49,845 nt of DNA from Basidiobolus ranarum (taxonomy: Eukaryota). The notes below the pieces were generated by a model that was not told where the DNA came from, ran no database searches, and saw nothing but the letters and a program-made list of their open reading frames with translations. Both the position numbers and the translations under genes were made by a program. Location of the stretch: assembly GCA_040143965.1 (NCBI GenBank), contig JASJQH010000018.1:1-49845 (forward strand). The letters are read 5' to 3'. Below are positions 1 through 12,666 of the stretch, piece after piece (the stretch's first letter is position 1; each line of letters opens with the position of its first letter).

Positions 1-245
1 GTATCTTTGAGACGTAGACTAGTTAAGAATTGTAAGATTGTGACCGTGACATCCCAGTGAAAGAGGTCGACAAGAGGATGTACTTTTTTAGATGGATCTA
101 ACAGGGGATCAGCGAGTTTCGTGCCAAACGCCGTGCCACCCATGACATTCAATGCATTCTCCCAGTAAACACGAGTCATGTCAAATGCCTCCCTACTCAT
201 GCTCTCCAGATACCAACAAGCTATATATACTCTTGTCCTATCCAT
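1..245 (-). CDS. Possible exon/partial ORF of unknown protein running off the left edge
   Basis: Stop-free minus frame from ATG at 245 to the window edge, 81 codons (MDRTRVYIACWYLESMSREAFDMTRVYWENALNVMGGTAFGTKLADPLLDPSKKVHPLVDLFHWD...). No family recognised. Confidence 0.25.
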   Translation of the reverse strand, partial: MDRTRVYIACWYLESMSREAFDMTRVYWENALNVMGGTAFGTKLADPLLDPSKKVHPLVDLFHWDVTVTILQFLTSLRLKD

Positions 246-1216
246 TGATCGTTAAACCTTACCTACTTAAATCCTTGTCAACCATATCTCAACTCAGTTT
301 GCTAAAAGCAATACTTCTATTTATCGTGACTACTTATGTAAACATTGATAATCGTTCTAACATCTAAAGAGGCGCGACATCAGGAACAAAGTCTAGAGAA
401 AAGTGGACCACCAACGCTGTAAACATGCCCCGATTAGCATGGATTTAACAATATACCACTGTAGGATATACCTGAATAGTACGGATCCCTGGAGTGTAAA
501 TATATAAAATCTTCCTGTAGAGACAAGCTCCCTAAGAAAACACTTGGCAATGCAAATCTAATTTTTACACCTTTCTGCACATCTTCATGTGCATATTCAA
601 TCCTATCTGATAATTGTCCAAATCATCACAGATTTAACATGGTAGTTCACCAGGTATTTCTCTCAAAGAGTTAAGCTGAACTTCCTTAACCTTGCACATT
701 AATATGACCTCGATATACGGATTGCAAGTTTTACTTGCATCGAGTGCCAACAAACTCTATGCGTATTTGAGTATTCAAGTAGTCTTAGGTTTAGGCTATA
801 TCAATTAACAGTTTGTATTTTGTACAACAAATGATTGACTCGATAAGTGTATTATAGAACACTAACTTAAGTGCTCAATGCAATCACAGGAACCAAGCTT
901 ATTTTATTTATGTGAGTGTACTTCCAATACATAATTTATTCATTTTGTCATCGAGTATTCTAATCGATAACAAGCAACAAAAACGAAGGAATTTATATTA
1001 CCACCTCATAAATTGACATGCATTATTGTACCAATTTCGGAACCAATATCGGAACCAATTTTGTTGCTGAATAAATATACCCCAATTTTTTGAATATTTA
1101 TTCATTACGTGAGGAAAATTAGGAATTCAAAATTATAGTTAACATTTACTTATTTATTGATTTTATACAATTCATAAAAAGATGAGGAATTTAATTACTA
1201 TGTACAAGTGAGAAGC

Positions 1217-1828
1217 TTACCAGGCAGGGCAGTTGCAACACCTGCAGTCATCACCACAACAGCACTTGCCCTTCTTAGCATCGCATGATTCACACTTGCA
1301 ATCTTTGCCACAGCAACATTTGCTTTCTTTGGCTTGTTCACACTGGCAGTCATCTCCGCATTCACACTTATCACCACAGGTGCAGTTGGTTTTCTTGGCT
1401 TGTTCGCATTTGCAGTCAGCTCCACAGTTACACTTGTCCTTCTTCACCTGCTCACATTTGCAGTCAGTTTCACATTCACACTTGTCGCCACAGGTACACT
1501 TGTTCTTCTTTTCTTGCTCACATTTGCATTCAGCTCCACATTTACACTTGTCGCCACAGGTGCAGTTGGTTTTCCTGGCCTGTTCGCATTTGCAGTCAAC
1601 TCCACAGGTGCAGTTGGATTGGTTCTTTCCTTGACAGTTGATGCACTTGCAGTCACTTCCGCATTGACAAGCTGGTACTTTAGTGCTCTTGGCACACTCA
1701 CACTTGTCACAAGTGCAGTTATCCTTGCAAGAGCATGATTGTTTCACTTCGACCTTTTGACACTTGCATTGTTCGCACTGGCAGTTCTCGCCACAGCAGC
1801 AGATCTTTACAATTTGTTGAGAAGACAT
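1217..1828 (-). CDS. Long modular metallothionein-like Cys-rich protein (possible extra 10-nt terminal exon at 1139-1148)
   Basis: 203 aa with 57 Cys by manual count (28%), arranged in CxC and CCC motifs. Rich in K/E/D/G, no His, no aromatic residue except the terminal W, no signal peptide. Internal DNA repeats (1370-1427 matches 1550-1607). Confidence 0.85.
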   Translation of the reverse strand: MSSQQIVKICCCGENCQCEQCKCQKVEVKQSCSCKDNCTCDKCECAKSTKVPACQCGSDCKCINCQGKNQSNCTCGVDCKCEQARKTNCTCGDKCKCGAECKCEQEKKNKCTCGDKCECETDCKCEQVKKDKCNCGADCKCEQAKKTNCTCGDKCECGDDCQCEQAKESKCCCGKDCKCESCDAKKGKCCCGDDCRCCNCPAW

Positions 1829-4062
1829 TCTTAAGAGTTAATCGATTGATATGAGAATTGAATGTAGTAGAGTCGTAGTATTTTATAGTAATTTCTATTC
1901 CCCCTCCCATGCTAGATGTTTTTCCGAGATATCTAGAGTTATATCCAATGGCGTAAATGTCTCTCAAATGTACATTAGTAATTATTTTAATTATAATGAT
2001 CATTCATGATATCTCTCAATGTAGCCAATCGCGTAAACATCGCGTGTGTATGCAGCATTGGCCATGTTATTGGATTACTAATTTGGAATGAAACTTAATT
2101 TCTAGAACTTATTTGTATTACCATCGGACCGTCAGATTCTTTCTTCTTCCTCCAATGGCTGAATTAGCTCGCTGTACACAGATTTGGAATCTACAACTAA
2201 CTGTGATGAATTCAGGCTTGATGGTCCAATCCAAGAGTTGAAACGATTTCTCGGCATCTAAACTAAAATAAGTAATGGCTATCATAAATAATGGCTATTT
2301 CCCTCCCCTGTATTTGTAATGCATAAACTCGATTACTATAACCGTTCTAGGTAACTGACATTTGAAGCAAGTAGAATGTGTTGGTCAGAAGTATCTAACA
2401 CCTCTCAACCGGAAAGCACTATGAGTTGAAGGCCAGTGTCTATAACCTATAAATACCCTATAAATAAACCCATTTACCCAATGAAAGGTTACAAAAGAGT
2501 AAATAGGATAAAACTTACTCTATAAAAGTTGGCGGATATTTAAGATAATAGATGCCTGTAAAGCAGGTAGGAGAGAACATGTTTTCTTTTAAATGCTCCT
2601 CAACAGACAAGTAACGCAATCAGTATTCAATATTGTGCCGAATATCTCCTAAATATTAAACGAATATTTTTTTGTATTTTAATGACTGAAGGGATGTTTT
2701 GGTAAGTAACAGGAAAGGTCGATCCATGACTTCAAAAACGATCAGATGTAGATTATAGTCATTGGGATATGTTTCATGCTGCAACAGCTTGCCACGCTGT
2801 AGTACTTTGCTAGAAAGCTCTGGCTAGCTAGTGATACATATGGCATATTAGGTCGGTAGTAATAAGTTACATTTAACAGATATGAAAGTCAAATTGACAT
2901 ATTCTTTGTCTACCAAGTTCACTTTAATTTAGCATCAACTGGTACTAAGGTTTCGTTAAAGGCTGGTATGATCATAGTGTGGAGTTCCCTTGGTTTTGGT
3001 CAGATTACACTTGCTGCGATAAGGATTATTTGAATTTCATAATATTTTATTCTCAACCTCGGCTTATTATCAAAGGGTATATATTATATATATACTTATA
3101 TGGTATGTCTCACATTTAATAAAACGTGGCTTTGTAGTTGAAAACAAGCCACAAGTGATGTGATATTACAATTGATTCTCTCTTTTAAAAAAGCCTATGT
3201 ATAGGCCAATAACAATGACGCTTAGAACATAGAAGTAACACAAAAACTGTTAATTTTACTGCAATGAACGTGTATAGTGCGAACAATCATCTTCTGTCTC
3301 TTGTAACATTTTCTAGTAACAATACTAATCAATTAGATATTCTCCCATGGAGTAATATTCGATTTATTCCCTTATTTCTTTACCGAATATTTCTTGTGGT
3401 TTGATAGTGTTTTGTTACCCTAACTGCCTTACAATTTAGTCGATTTTAAGTACACTCCATGATACTATTCCGGAGGTTTACCCAACCATAAATGTCAACT
3501 TTCCACTCAATACATCAAGAGGTGAAATCAACAAACTCTTCTAACTCTTCAAACCATTTCCAATAACTTCCAAAATCATTGTTATTATTACAATTGACTT
3601 GTTTATTTATTTATGTTACTTGAGTTTATAAATAAATATTGCACCTTCTGTTGCTTTTTATTCCCCCTGTTTATCATCTTTTCCCCTACATATTATTCTT
3701 ACACCCACAGAACTTGAATACACTAGTAGTAGTGTCAAGTATGAATATGATCCTATCCTGTTACAATATATTAGGACACTTACGTCCAAACTGTCACTAT
3801 AATACGAAAGGCTGTTATTTGGGCTCCAATCTAGCTATGTGGCAAATATCAAGGGAATATAAGTAGTAAATGTAGAGATACTGTTGTTGCCAAGATACAT
3901 GCGAAAAAAGTAAACCAGTTCGGAACGCTAATATGTGTTTACCTATACTTGAATCCCTATACAACTTGACATCTTGATGCAATGTTCTCTAGCTGTATAA
4001 CGCAATGAATAAAGTTTCCAATATCAGTCTCATTGTAATGTCTTCGTTTAAATGACCTGCTT

Positions 4063-4420
4063 GCTGCTAAGCCACCTAGATTTGCTTAAGTCTTGGCTGA
4101 AAATCTTGCTCTTGTCATACATACTGTTTGTAATGATCCAGTTTACATAACTCGTTTCCTGATAGGTTGTCTAGACTTACCTGAATCTCCACTGTATATT
4201 TCTTATCTTGTCTTACATACTGTTTGTACTCATCTGGCTTTCGTGACTCGTTTCTTGATAAGACGCCAAGATGTACTTGAATCTTCATTGCATATTTCGA
4301 TCTTGTCTTAGATACTGTTTGCACTCATCCGGTTTACATGACTCGTTTCCTGCCAAACCACCTAGATATGCTCGAATCTTCACTGTATATCTCAATCTTA
4401 TATTACATACTATTTCTACT
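4063..4420. repeat. Degenerate tandem repeat, 95-96 bp unit, ~3.7 copies
   Basis: Units start at 4111, 4207, 4302 and 4397 (CTTGTCWTASATACTGTTTG...ACTCGTTTC...GAATCTYCAYTG.ATAT). A partial unit lies at 4063-4110 (CCACCTAGAT). Confidence 0.9.
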
Positions 4421-5727
4421 AATCTTCTTTGCAAAACAAGGTATACTCTCTGAATGAGCTTACGTTAGTGGTATGATTTGAATTCTGATGCAAGCAGAGT
4501 GTACACGCTATAAAAACTTGAAGAATTGGCGAGATAGGCTACATAGACACACTATGCCTATCACCAACGAGAATCTGATTGATTTTGTCTGCTATATATA
4601 AACTTCCCTACAGGTACTTGGTATGATAATTACACCATAGCAGTATATTCTCTACATTCTTGTGATATGTACAATATGCACAATCAATACTCACCCGTCA
4701 CGTACTTGCAATGGCTAATAAGAGCTCTAGACCCAACCCTAGCGTGTAACACCCGATCAATTAGATAGCAGTTGTGCAAGCCTTTCGATCAACCCTTTCG
4801 TTTCCATCAACCCTTTCCATCTGAAATTAAAGACTCTATCATAAGAAGTCGTGTGATCATTGGACTTTGTGGACATGATCGCGAATATAAAGGTAGAATG
4901 GATCAGGAACGGATGATAAGAACTTGGGCTGATTATCTAACACTAACCCAAAGCAGCCTTCACGTCACGGGTTTTCAGCATTATCTTTTAGATAGTAGCC
5001 ATATCTTACTGTTTAATCGTATTGAGGTAACATTCATACGCACACTCTTACACCTTCTTAGTTAAATCTCCGTCTTGTTACAAACTATCTCGATATATGA
5101 AACAGGTATAACATCGCGGATACCGGTTTTCATTGAGTCGCGATATAACTTCTGACTAGAACCTAGGTAGTGACGAGACATACGAGTAACGAACTGGAAT
5201 GTCTCTCTCGGGAGGCTATACTGTTGCCTCAGAAGGCTGGGTAGGTTGAGTGAAATATTCTCTCATTACTCACAAATTTATTGGAGAATCATGGATTAAT
5301 TATGTTTTGATACCTTGCTTTTCAGTCCCGCTTTGTGGAAGACACTTATGTGAAGTATGGAAACGTTGCCACAGACTTGATTACCAAGGCTGGTTACGCC
5401 CATATTAACGAAATTGGCAATATCGCCAAGAATTTCGTTGGACATTATCTTCACAACTTCTAATAGTGGAATGACGCCATACACTTAGCATTAGAGAGGT
5501 AGATTCACAAACTTTCTGTGACCGTGTGATTTATTAATCAGAAACAGCAAAAGTAAGAATGGAAAAAGTTGAGGTACGGAATGTGGAGCAGCCTACCGCT
5601 GGATATTTTCTAAACGCCATCACCTCTTTCTATCCAATTGGATCAAATTCCCTTCGAATGGTGCTTAAAGAAGCCGTTCTCTGTCGCAGGCTTTAAATAA
5701 ATCGAGGAAAATACGCAAAGTATGCTA

Positions 5728-7368
5728 GACCCATTCCACGGTATAAGTGGGATTATCGCAAAGGAACTGGCAGTGACTAGTAGATACTGAGGTATATTGT
5801 GATGGGAATTGTGGCGGAAGATTTTCAGTTGTTTTGTGGTTGATTTCTAGGGCCAACAGATGCTATCATCCAGGCTGTGGAGATGGTCATTAAAGACAAA
5901 ATGGATATTATCAATTTATCGCTAGGTTTCAATACCCCATTTGCAGATGATTTGAAGGCCAGGATTTTAAACCATGCCACTAGTCTGGGAATAATATTTG
6001 TATCAGCCGCTGGAAACGAAGGTGAACAGGGTCTATGGACCATCAACAGTCCATCCACAGCTTCAAATGTCATCAGCGTTGCATCCTTCGAGAGTCCATC
6101 CTACCTGAGTGGAAAAGTGGCATTAGATCAGTTTCCAAACCAAGAAATCATTATTATTCATGATGCCAGGTGGAAACTCCCATTTTCCAAAACCTTAATG
6201 ATTTCCATTGAAAACATTAGTGAACACTCTAAAATCAAGGGGAACATTGTCTTTTTGAACTTGAATACGACCATCGACCCCACTCAATATGCGATTTTAA
6301 CAGAAGCCGGAGCAGTAGGAATTATTGCCGCTTCCAATACTACTGAGCCAGATGTTCCAGATTCAACTACCGTACAAGTACCACTCATGAGTGTTGACGC
6401 GAAGAGCTCCTCTTATATTCTCTCAAAGATCTCCTAAAGTAAACGCATAACTATTTCAATCCTGGGTGAGAATCATCTACATCCCAATCCATACGCCAAT
6501 AAGCCATCTTCCTTTAGCTCGTGGGAGCCAGATTTTGAACTGAATGTAAAGCCAGATATTGGTGCTCCAGGAGGAAATATCTACTCTACCTATCTGCTGG
6601 CCTCAGGAGGATATGTATATATGAGAGGAACCTCCATGGCCACTCCGTATTTGGCTGGATCCAGTGCTCTTATTCTAAAGGCGCGTAGAGATGCTCAAAT
6701 CAACACTAGTGTAGATATTGTTCGTGTGGTTGCACATCCACTGGCTATAACTTTACTCACAATCCAGCATTATCTGTGAATGGTTATTACAAAGATCATC
6801 CATGGCTGGCACAGCATTTTTTATCGTCAAAAGAATATGCCCAGGTTAGCTTCAATCCCCAACAAGTCACTATCGAACCAGGGAAGTCAACTGAAGTTAC
6901 GTTACGATTCGTACCACCTACTTTCAAAAGCACCTCGCCATGGATATATAGTGGATATATATTTGTATCTAGCTCTGATGGCATTCCTCCAAAGGCGATT
7001 CCATATATTGGGGTGTAGGTGATATGGATACACGTAAAGCAATCGATACATCCGGACCCAATGTACCTACTTTAGCTCATGATGGCATCTTGTTGCTCAA
7101 TCCAACCAAACGTCTGACTGTTTATGTTACCGACGAGCAGAATGATAAGGTTGGTCGGCTCAGAACACAGCCAAATATTGGTCGCTCCCTTACTGAGCTG
7201 GAAACGTTGAACTTTACTGGAAGTGTTATACTTGATGAAGAGGAAACTGAACAGGTTGTCAATGTCCCTGATGGAAAGTACCACATCGTTGTCGAAACAC
7301 TGAAATGGTTCAATAGCACTGAGTCCGATAAATGGGTATCACCCTTATTGGAAGTAATCAATTCCTAA
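5728..7368 (+). pseudogene. Subtilisin-family S8 serine protease pseudogene (S8 + PA insertion + Fn3-like domain)
   Basis: Truncated His motif DPFHGISGIIA (5728-5760), MDIINLSLG, oxyanion motif SAAGNEG and PA domain. In-frame TAA at 6435-6437, then SSFSSW..KPDIGAPGGNIYST..GTSMATP (Ser codon 6633-6635). Deletion/frameshift near 6730; frameshift near 7016 (IPYIGV/GDM). Confidence 0.85.
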
Positions 7369-9088
7369 AAATCGTGCACATGAGTTTGTACGTGCTCTTT
7401 ACCTTTAGAAATAAGTAGAGACGTTGCAACTGTTCTTTATCTAACTTAGTTACATTTAATATCTCGACATATGTCTCCATTCAGCAAGGCGAGTGAAGAG
7501 TTCATAGAATCCAGTAACTAGAAGTTCCCATTGTAACAGTCCTGAAAGTATAATAGGATTTGCATTGCTTTTACTGAGGCTATTGGTATTGTACGTAGTG
7601 ATTATAGTAAAGCAGTAAGTGTATATTCTTTTTGTAGCTCAAATTTTGATGGATTTCACCTTTTGCACTAAATCTGTAAAAACTTGTCGTTTCTTGGTAC
7701 TAGTTTCTTTACTTTGAAATCCTTTCATATGTCTTGCAATACCCACTCTCAGAAAGGTATAATTAGTAAGAGATCTGACGTATTTTATAATATTGTATAT
7801 TTATAGAGAGATGGTGAAAATTACATCTATCTCGAAGACAAAGATATTGACACTATGCTAGGCACTCAAGCACAATCTAGACTCCAGAAGAGAAAGTCCA
7901 ATGAATACTCAAAGAGACAGTGCATGGATTACAGTATGTTAAGCAATATCATCTTTGCCGCTCCTAATAGATAATCAGGTTTAATCGTGTTTAACTCCTC
8001 AATGGTCCGTGCGCACTCTGTTACACACTAGATAGAAAATCATGCTTACGATTATGTAGACAGTTCCAAATGCTGTAGGCTCACAATCGTTCTCTTCGAT
8101 CAGTTCTGTACTAGCTATAAGAGTAGTAAGGAATATTTCATTCTATCCTAATCAATTTGATCAAGCTAGAGTATTATTTCAACTCAACCGATGAAGAAAT
8201 ACTACAGATACAGTCGCTACAATCTCTAGCTCAAATTCCAGAAATTATTGCATTACTCAGACGCTTAAATACAAACAGGATTATTCAGCAAGATTGGCAT
8301 AAGATAAAATGGCCAACGTCACAAAGAAAAATCTTACAACATGGCCATCAATACACTTATGTCCAATAAAAGTTTAAAAATGACTCGGCCTACGATTACT
8401 CAAGTATAGACTTGACACGTGCACACAGGAATGGCACAACTTGACGTAGATATTCTCTTCATTGTCAATTCTAGGGGTATTGATGGATATATATTTACGG
8501 TAAATCTCCAATATTTTTAAATTATGGGATTCATTGATTTAAAGGTATTTGTAATCAATTTTGTCAAATGCTACTTGAAACGATTATGCTAGTTGAGACA
8601 CTTACAAACTGGAAATGCTCAATCGCTAGTACTATTATTTGGCGATACAAATATGAAACGAAGAAAGAAATGAAAGTAACCTTCACATGTTTCAGATAAC
8701 CTAGAAAATTCCATTTTACGCTCAAGTGGATCTACATAATTAGGCTTGTCTATTCCTGGTGAACTACATATCTGGACTATGATAACAGAGTACAGATTCT
8801 CAACAAATGATCCATCAACATGTACCTTCTACAAAATTTTCTATACTGAGAACTAGAGTTACGAATATCTTTATTATGGATACATGCCACATACCGGAGC
8901 AGTATATTTGAGAAGGAACCAATGTAGAAGAGCTTGAATCATTAAAAATTAAAGTGGGCCTCAAGTGCAATCAAAAACTACAATCCATAATATACCAGAC
9001 CGTGACAAGATTAAAGCCAGTCGGTCAATCTTCATGGATGCTTTATAAAACATATGGTTCCGTAGTATTTTTTCATAAGCTTAGCTAT

Positions 9089-11691
9089 TTATCTACTCGC
9101 TGCCTCTACACGAACCAACCCTGCGGTTCCTCCGGAAGCGATCCATGCCGGGGATTGTGGATTAGGACACCACGAAACCTGGAAATAAAATATGGTTTAG
9201 AGAACCAATTGAGTATAGCAGTCATTAACAGGGCACAACATAGGTATATACATACTCTTTGAATGGCCACCTCTGGCGGGAAAAACATAGTGAAGAGATT
9301 GTCAGGCGTATGATTATGAGCAACCAATGGCTAAATCAAAAATTTGTTTAAGAAAAGAAATGAAACAGAAGGCATTTTAGTATTAAGAGTAAAACCTCAA
9401 ATGCAATTTCGTCATCGTATACGAATTGGCCATTTACAGAATCTTTTTTCAAAGTGTACAAGGTCATCTTTAAAAAACAAATTAACGCGTGTTCTTATTA
9501 CAATAGGAATTGAATCGCTTACCTGATTTCTAGCCCTTAAATGGCGCAAATTGGTCGACCTCACCGATCCATCGGATGCTCCACTGGCAACAAAGGGATG
9601 TAAGGAGGAGCAATCTACATACTGTTAAAGATGAGTACGATACTCCCAAAACACATTAATTATCGTAAACCATCAAGAGACTCACCCAAATACAGCCTTT
9701 GTGTGTGATAATTCCAACTGATTTTTTTATGTCATCTTTTTCAGTCAGTCTCACACCATTCTCCGCATCTGTGAATACAATGCTATATGAGGATTCGAAT
9801 TTCACCCAAGACGCGGCCATTAAAAAGGCTAAATATAAATATTAGTGCATTAGTCCGCAGATTACGAGATGGTAAGTCACATACCTCGAATACGATGTGT
9901 CAACATTCCGGTATAAGGATCTCTGGTATCGCAAACAAGTAAACGGCCATCGTGGCCACAGCTTACGATGTAATTAGTATCTTCTGTATTTCTCCAAGAG
10001 ACTCTTCTTACACATGAGTCATGGGCAGGCAAGTAGTGTGCCATATAATCTAGAAATTGGATTACCATTAGGCCAGTCTACAATATGACTAGTGGCAATT
10101 TAGAAATGAACTTACCATTCGGTGATAGCAATGGGAAGTTAGTGTTCTTTTTGGAGATTGCATTTTCAGCATCCCAAACCGCAATATTCCCTAATTAGAA
10201 ATGTTTTAGAAAGAATCCCTCAATATCGTGATTATGAGTTAGTACATACCATTGGTGCAGCCAGTAGATATCCACTTATGTCCACCCCAGCTCAAGTTCC
10301 AGAGCGAAGTATCGGGCAAATGTGCCTCAAATAATGCGTCATCCAGTTGCACTTTGAACACACAAATTGGAATCTACTTTAACGTTAAAAGATCTGATAG
10401 ATGAGTTCATGATTAAACTTACGAAATATTGTCTTATTTGAAGGATAGGAATGCCCTTCGCTTTCAAGCTTCTTCCGAAGTATTGCTGGGTTCGGGACAC
10501 TGAAAATCTTCATAGTACCATCGCCGAAACAAGCTGCAATGATGCCAATCTTTGGTATATCGTCTTCCCCACTCCACTCTTCCTTAATCGTTAGAAATCA
10601 GCAATGGATTGTATTTAGTAGGAATATTGAGAACGCCTCATAATATTAGGATCACTCATACCGAAGAATCATATGCTCCGTACGGACACCATTTAAGATC
10701 CCAAACGCAACCATTGGAATGCAAAAAACATATATCTACCCAAGGCCGGAAATTAGATTCATTACTGCGTTTTACCACAACGTCTGAATTAGTATTCATA
10801 ATTTATATTTACGATTTTTCCGGTAAGATATCGACTTACATGATATCATTAGAAATGACTCCCAAGTTCCAAATCTCTATATAGCCGGTAGTGTTGATTT
10901 CGCGTTCACCGATTATATGATGTTCATCTGTCGTTCCTTTGTAGCCAGCAATAGCAAGGAATTGATTCTCTAAAGTATTTCCAAACTAATCAATAATAGA
11001 ACAACAAGTATCGGTTGAAATGAACTAAACATACCTTCAGCTTTCACCTCAGGACACCAGTCCAAACCCCATACTGAACCGCCACTATTTAGAAGATATC
11101 CACGGCGATTCGCTGCAAAAATTACTAATGAGTTAACTAAAAAAGTTCGAAAATTAACGACTACATTTCTTCACCTACGCAAAATGTGTGCTGTCAACGG
11201 CCGACTCATTAATGGGGTTTCTGAAGGATGATGGTCGAAAGAAATCTGTGAGATTACGTCTATGTTGGGAAGGTAATCTTTTGCGATACTAGCAAGAACA
11301 GGGTAAGTATTAATATTTTCAAAGACATTCTCGAGCTAACGGAGTAACTACACACTATTTACCTTTCATTTATTATTTGATACTGTTGAAATTTTGGCTT
11401 GATATTACTATATTCACAAGGTCGAGGCTCTTCACACTTGAGCTTATAAATTGGTTTATCACTTGGTGGTACATATGTTGCGTGATTCCAATCCATCGAT
11501 CTATCTTTCTTGACATATTTATATGCAGGTTTCTTCCCACTTCCTCCATCTTTGGGACGTCTACCACGCTTTTTAGGGGTACGTGCTGGCGTGGGAGTAG
11601 GTGGTGTTGAATCATTCACCTCCAAAGGCATTTCTACGTCCGACTTTGGTGTATCAACATTGATTGCTATGGATTTTGGTGTTTCTGACAT
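9089..11691 (-). CDS. TFC6: TFIIIC WD40 subunit (Tfc6/Sfc6/GTF3C2-like), multi-exon
   Basis: N-terminal AT-hook-like KKRGRRPK. Exons encode GYLLNSGGSVWGLDWCP, HSNGCVWDLKWCP, IAACFGDG, VSCGHDG, HPFVASGASDG and the terminal VSWCPN..WIASGGTAGLVRVE. Stop at 9089-9091; GT-AG introns. Confidence 0.8.
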
Positions 11692-11733
11692 GAAAGCAAA
11701 AATATACGTTGTTGCTTTCTACGCAGTAAAAGG

Positions 11734-11749
11734 AAATTTTCACGCGAAA
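11734..11749. promoter_or_regulatory. RRPE-like element (AAATTTTCA) overlapping CACGCGAAA upstream of the Tfc6-like gene
   Basis: AAATTTTCACGCGAAA about 45 nt upstream of the ATG. Motif match only. Confidence 0.35.
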
Positions 11750-12666
11750 TAGCTCTATTCAAATAAGTAATTTGGATTAAATTTAATCAAAACATCAATT
11801 TTTGTTGTGTATATGCTAACAACTAATCATTATCAATATATGAAAAATCATTTCCAGATCGTAAACTATGTTGATTTACAAATCAAATAGTGTAAATTTG
11901 CACATAAATGATCTATATTACAGAAAAGGCAAAAGGAAGTATTGTTTGATGCATGACAACATATCAGTCAATCTCTGTTCAGCTTTGACAGATATAAAGG
12001 GTTAGGGCTCAATACGGAGTAAAACAATGCCGTTATTCACATTTTTGCCAGGAACATGGATGGGCGGATTGGTAAACAGATTGTTCACAATGAGGAGCGG
12101 GTGTGTAACATTGGTAATATGCTCAATAAAAATATGGAAGAAGGTCACGAATTTCCCCGACGACGGAACTGGGGGATTTTAATGAATGCTAAAGTAAATT
12201 TACCGTCGATGAAGGAAAAGCACGCGGGAATTGCTCCTAAGTTGGAAATTCTGAGATCCGAAAGTAATGTGATACCCGAATCATTACTAATAAGTAAGAA
12301 CTGGGTTAACGTTCAGCTCAAAGGCAGATAATTTGACCATGACATCACGCCAAGAAGAAATTCATATATATAGAAAGTTCTCTAATGTTGTTTCCATCAG
12401 ATTTCCCATTTGGTGTCTAGGCATAGGCAATCAGGTAATTATTCTTTTTATTTGACCCTGGTGTTCTTATAATCAAAACACCTTGCATGTCTAACCTATG
12501 TGACTTGACTGTTCAATTTCCTAGAAACTCTTTTGTGTTCCCTTTTCACTGTTGTTTTGAGCTCTGAATATTTACCTTACTAAACCAAGTGAGTGTTAAT
12601 ACCATCTTTTTCAGTTACCTGCTTCTCCACTTTTACCACCTTATCTTCTTTTTATTATTACACAAT

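Noticed and set aside
682-690. TTCCTTAAC U12-like branch sequence (another on the minus strand at ~28657-28666)
   Set aside because: No RTATCCTT donor upstream and no gene context.
1030-1062. 12-bp repeat ACCAATWTCGGA, ~2.7 copies
   Set aside because: Short microrepeat with no evident function.
1198-1738. His/Gln/Leu-rich and hydrophobic ORFs overlapping the metallothionein
   Set aside because: Shadow frames caused by the repetitive Cys codons on the real strand.
1829-2200. Metal-responsive elements upstream of the metallothionein
   Set aside because: No clean TGCRCNC or HTHNNGCTG match found by eye; only CCAAT boxes and an ATCGCGT direct repeat.
4063-4420. CRISPR-like array
   Set aside because: Units are similar along their whole length with no unique spacers; eukaryotic context; no cas genes.
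7471-8369. Exon-like fragments and the 70-aa ORF at 8157
   Set aside because: Could not be assembled into a stop-free gene; no family recognised.
11692-12600. Autoregulatory B-box (ETC6-like) in the Tfc6 promoter
   Set aside because: No convincing GTTCGAxxC match seen.
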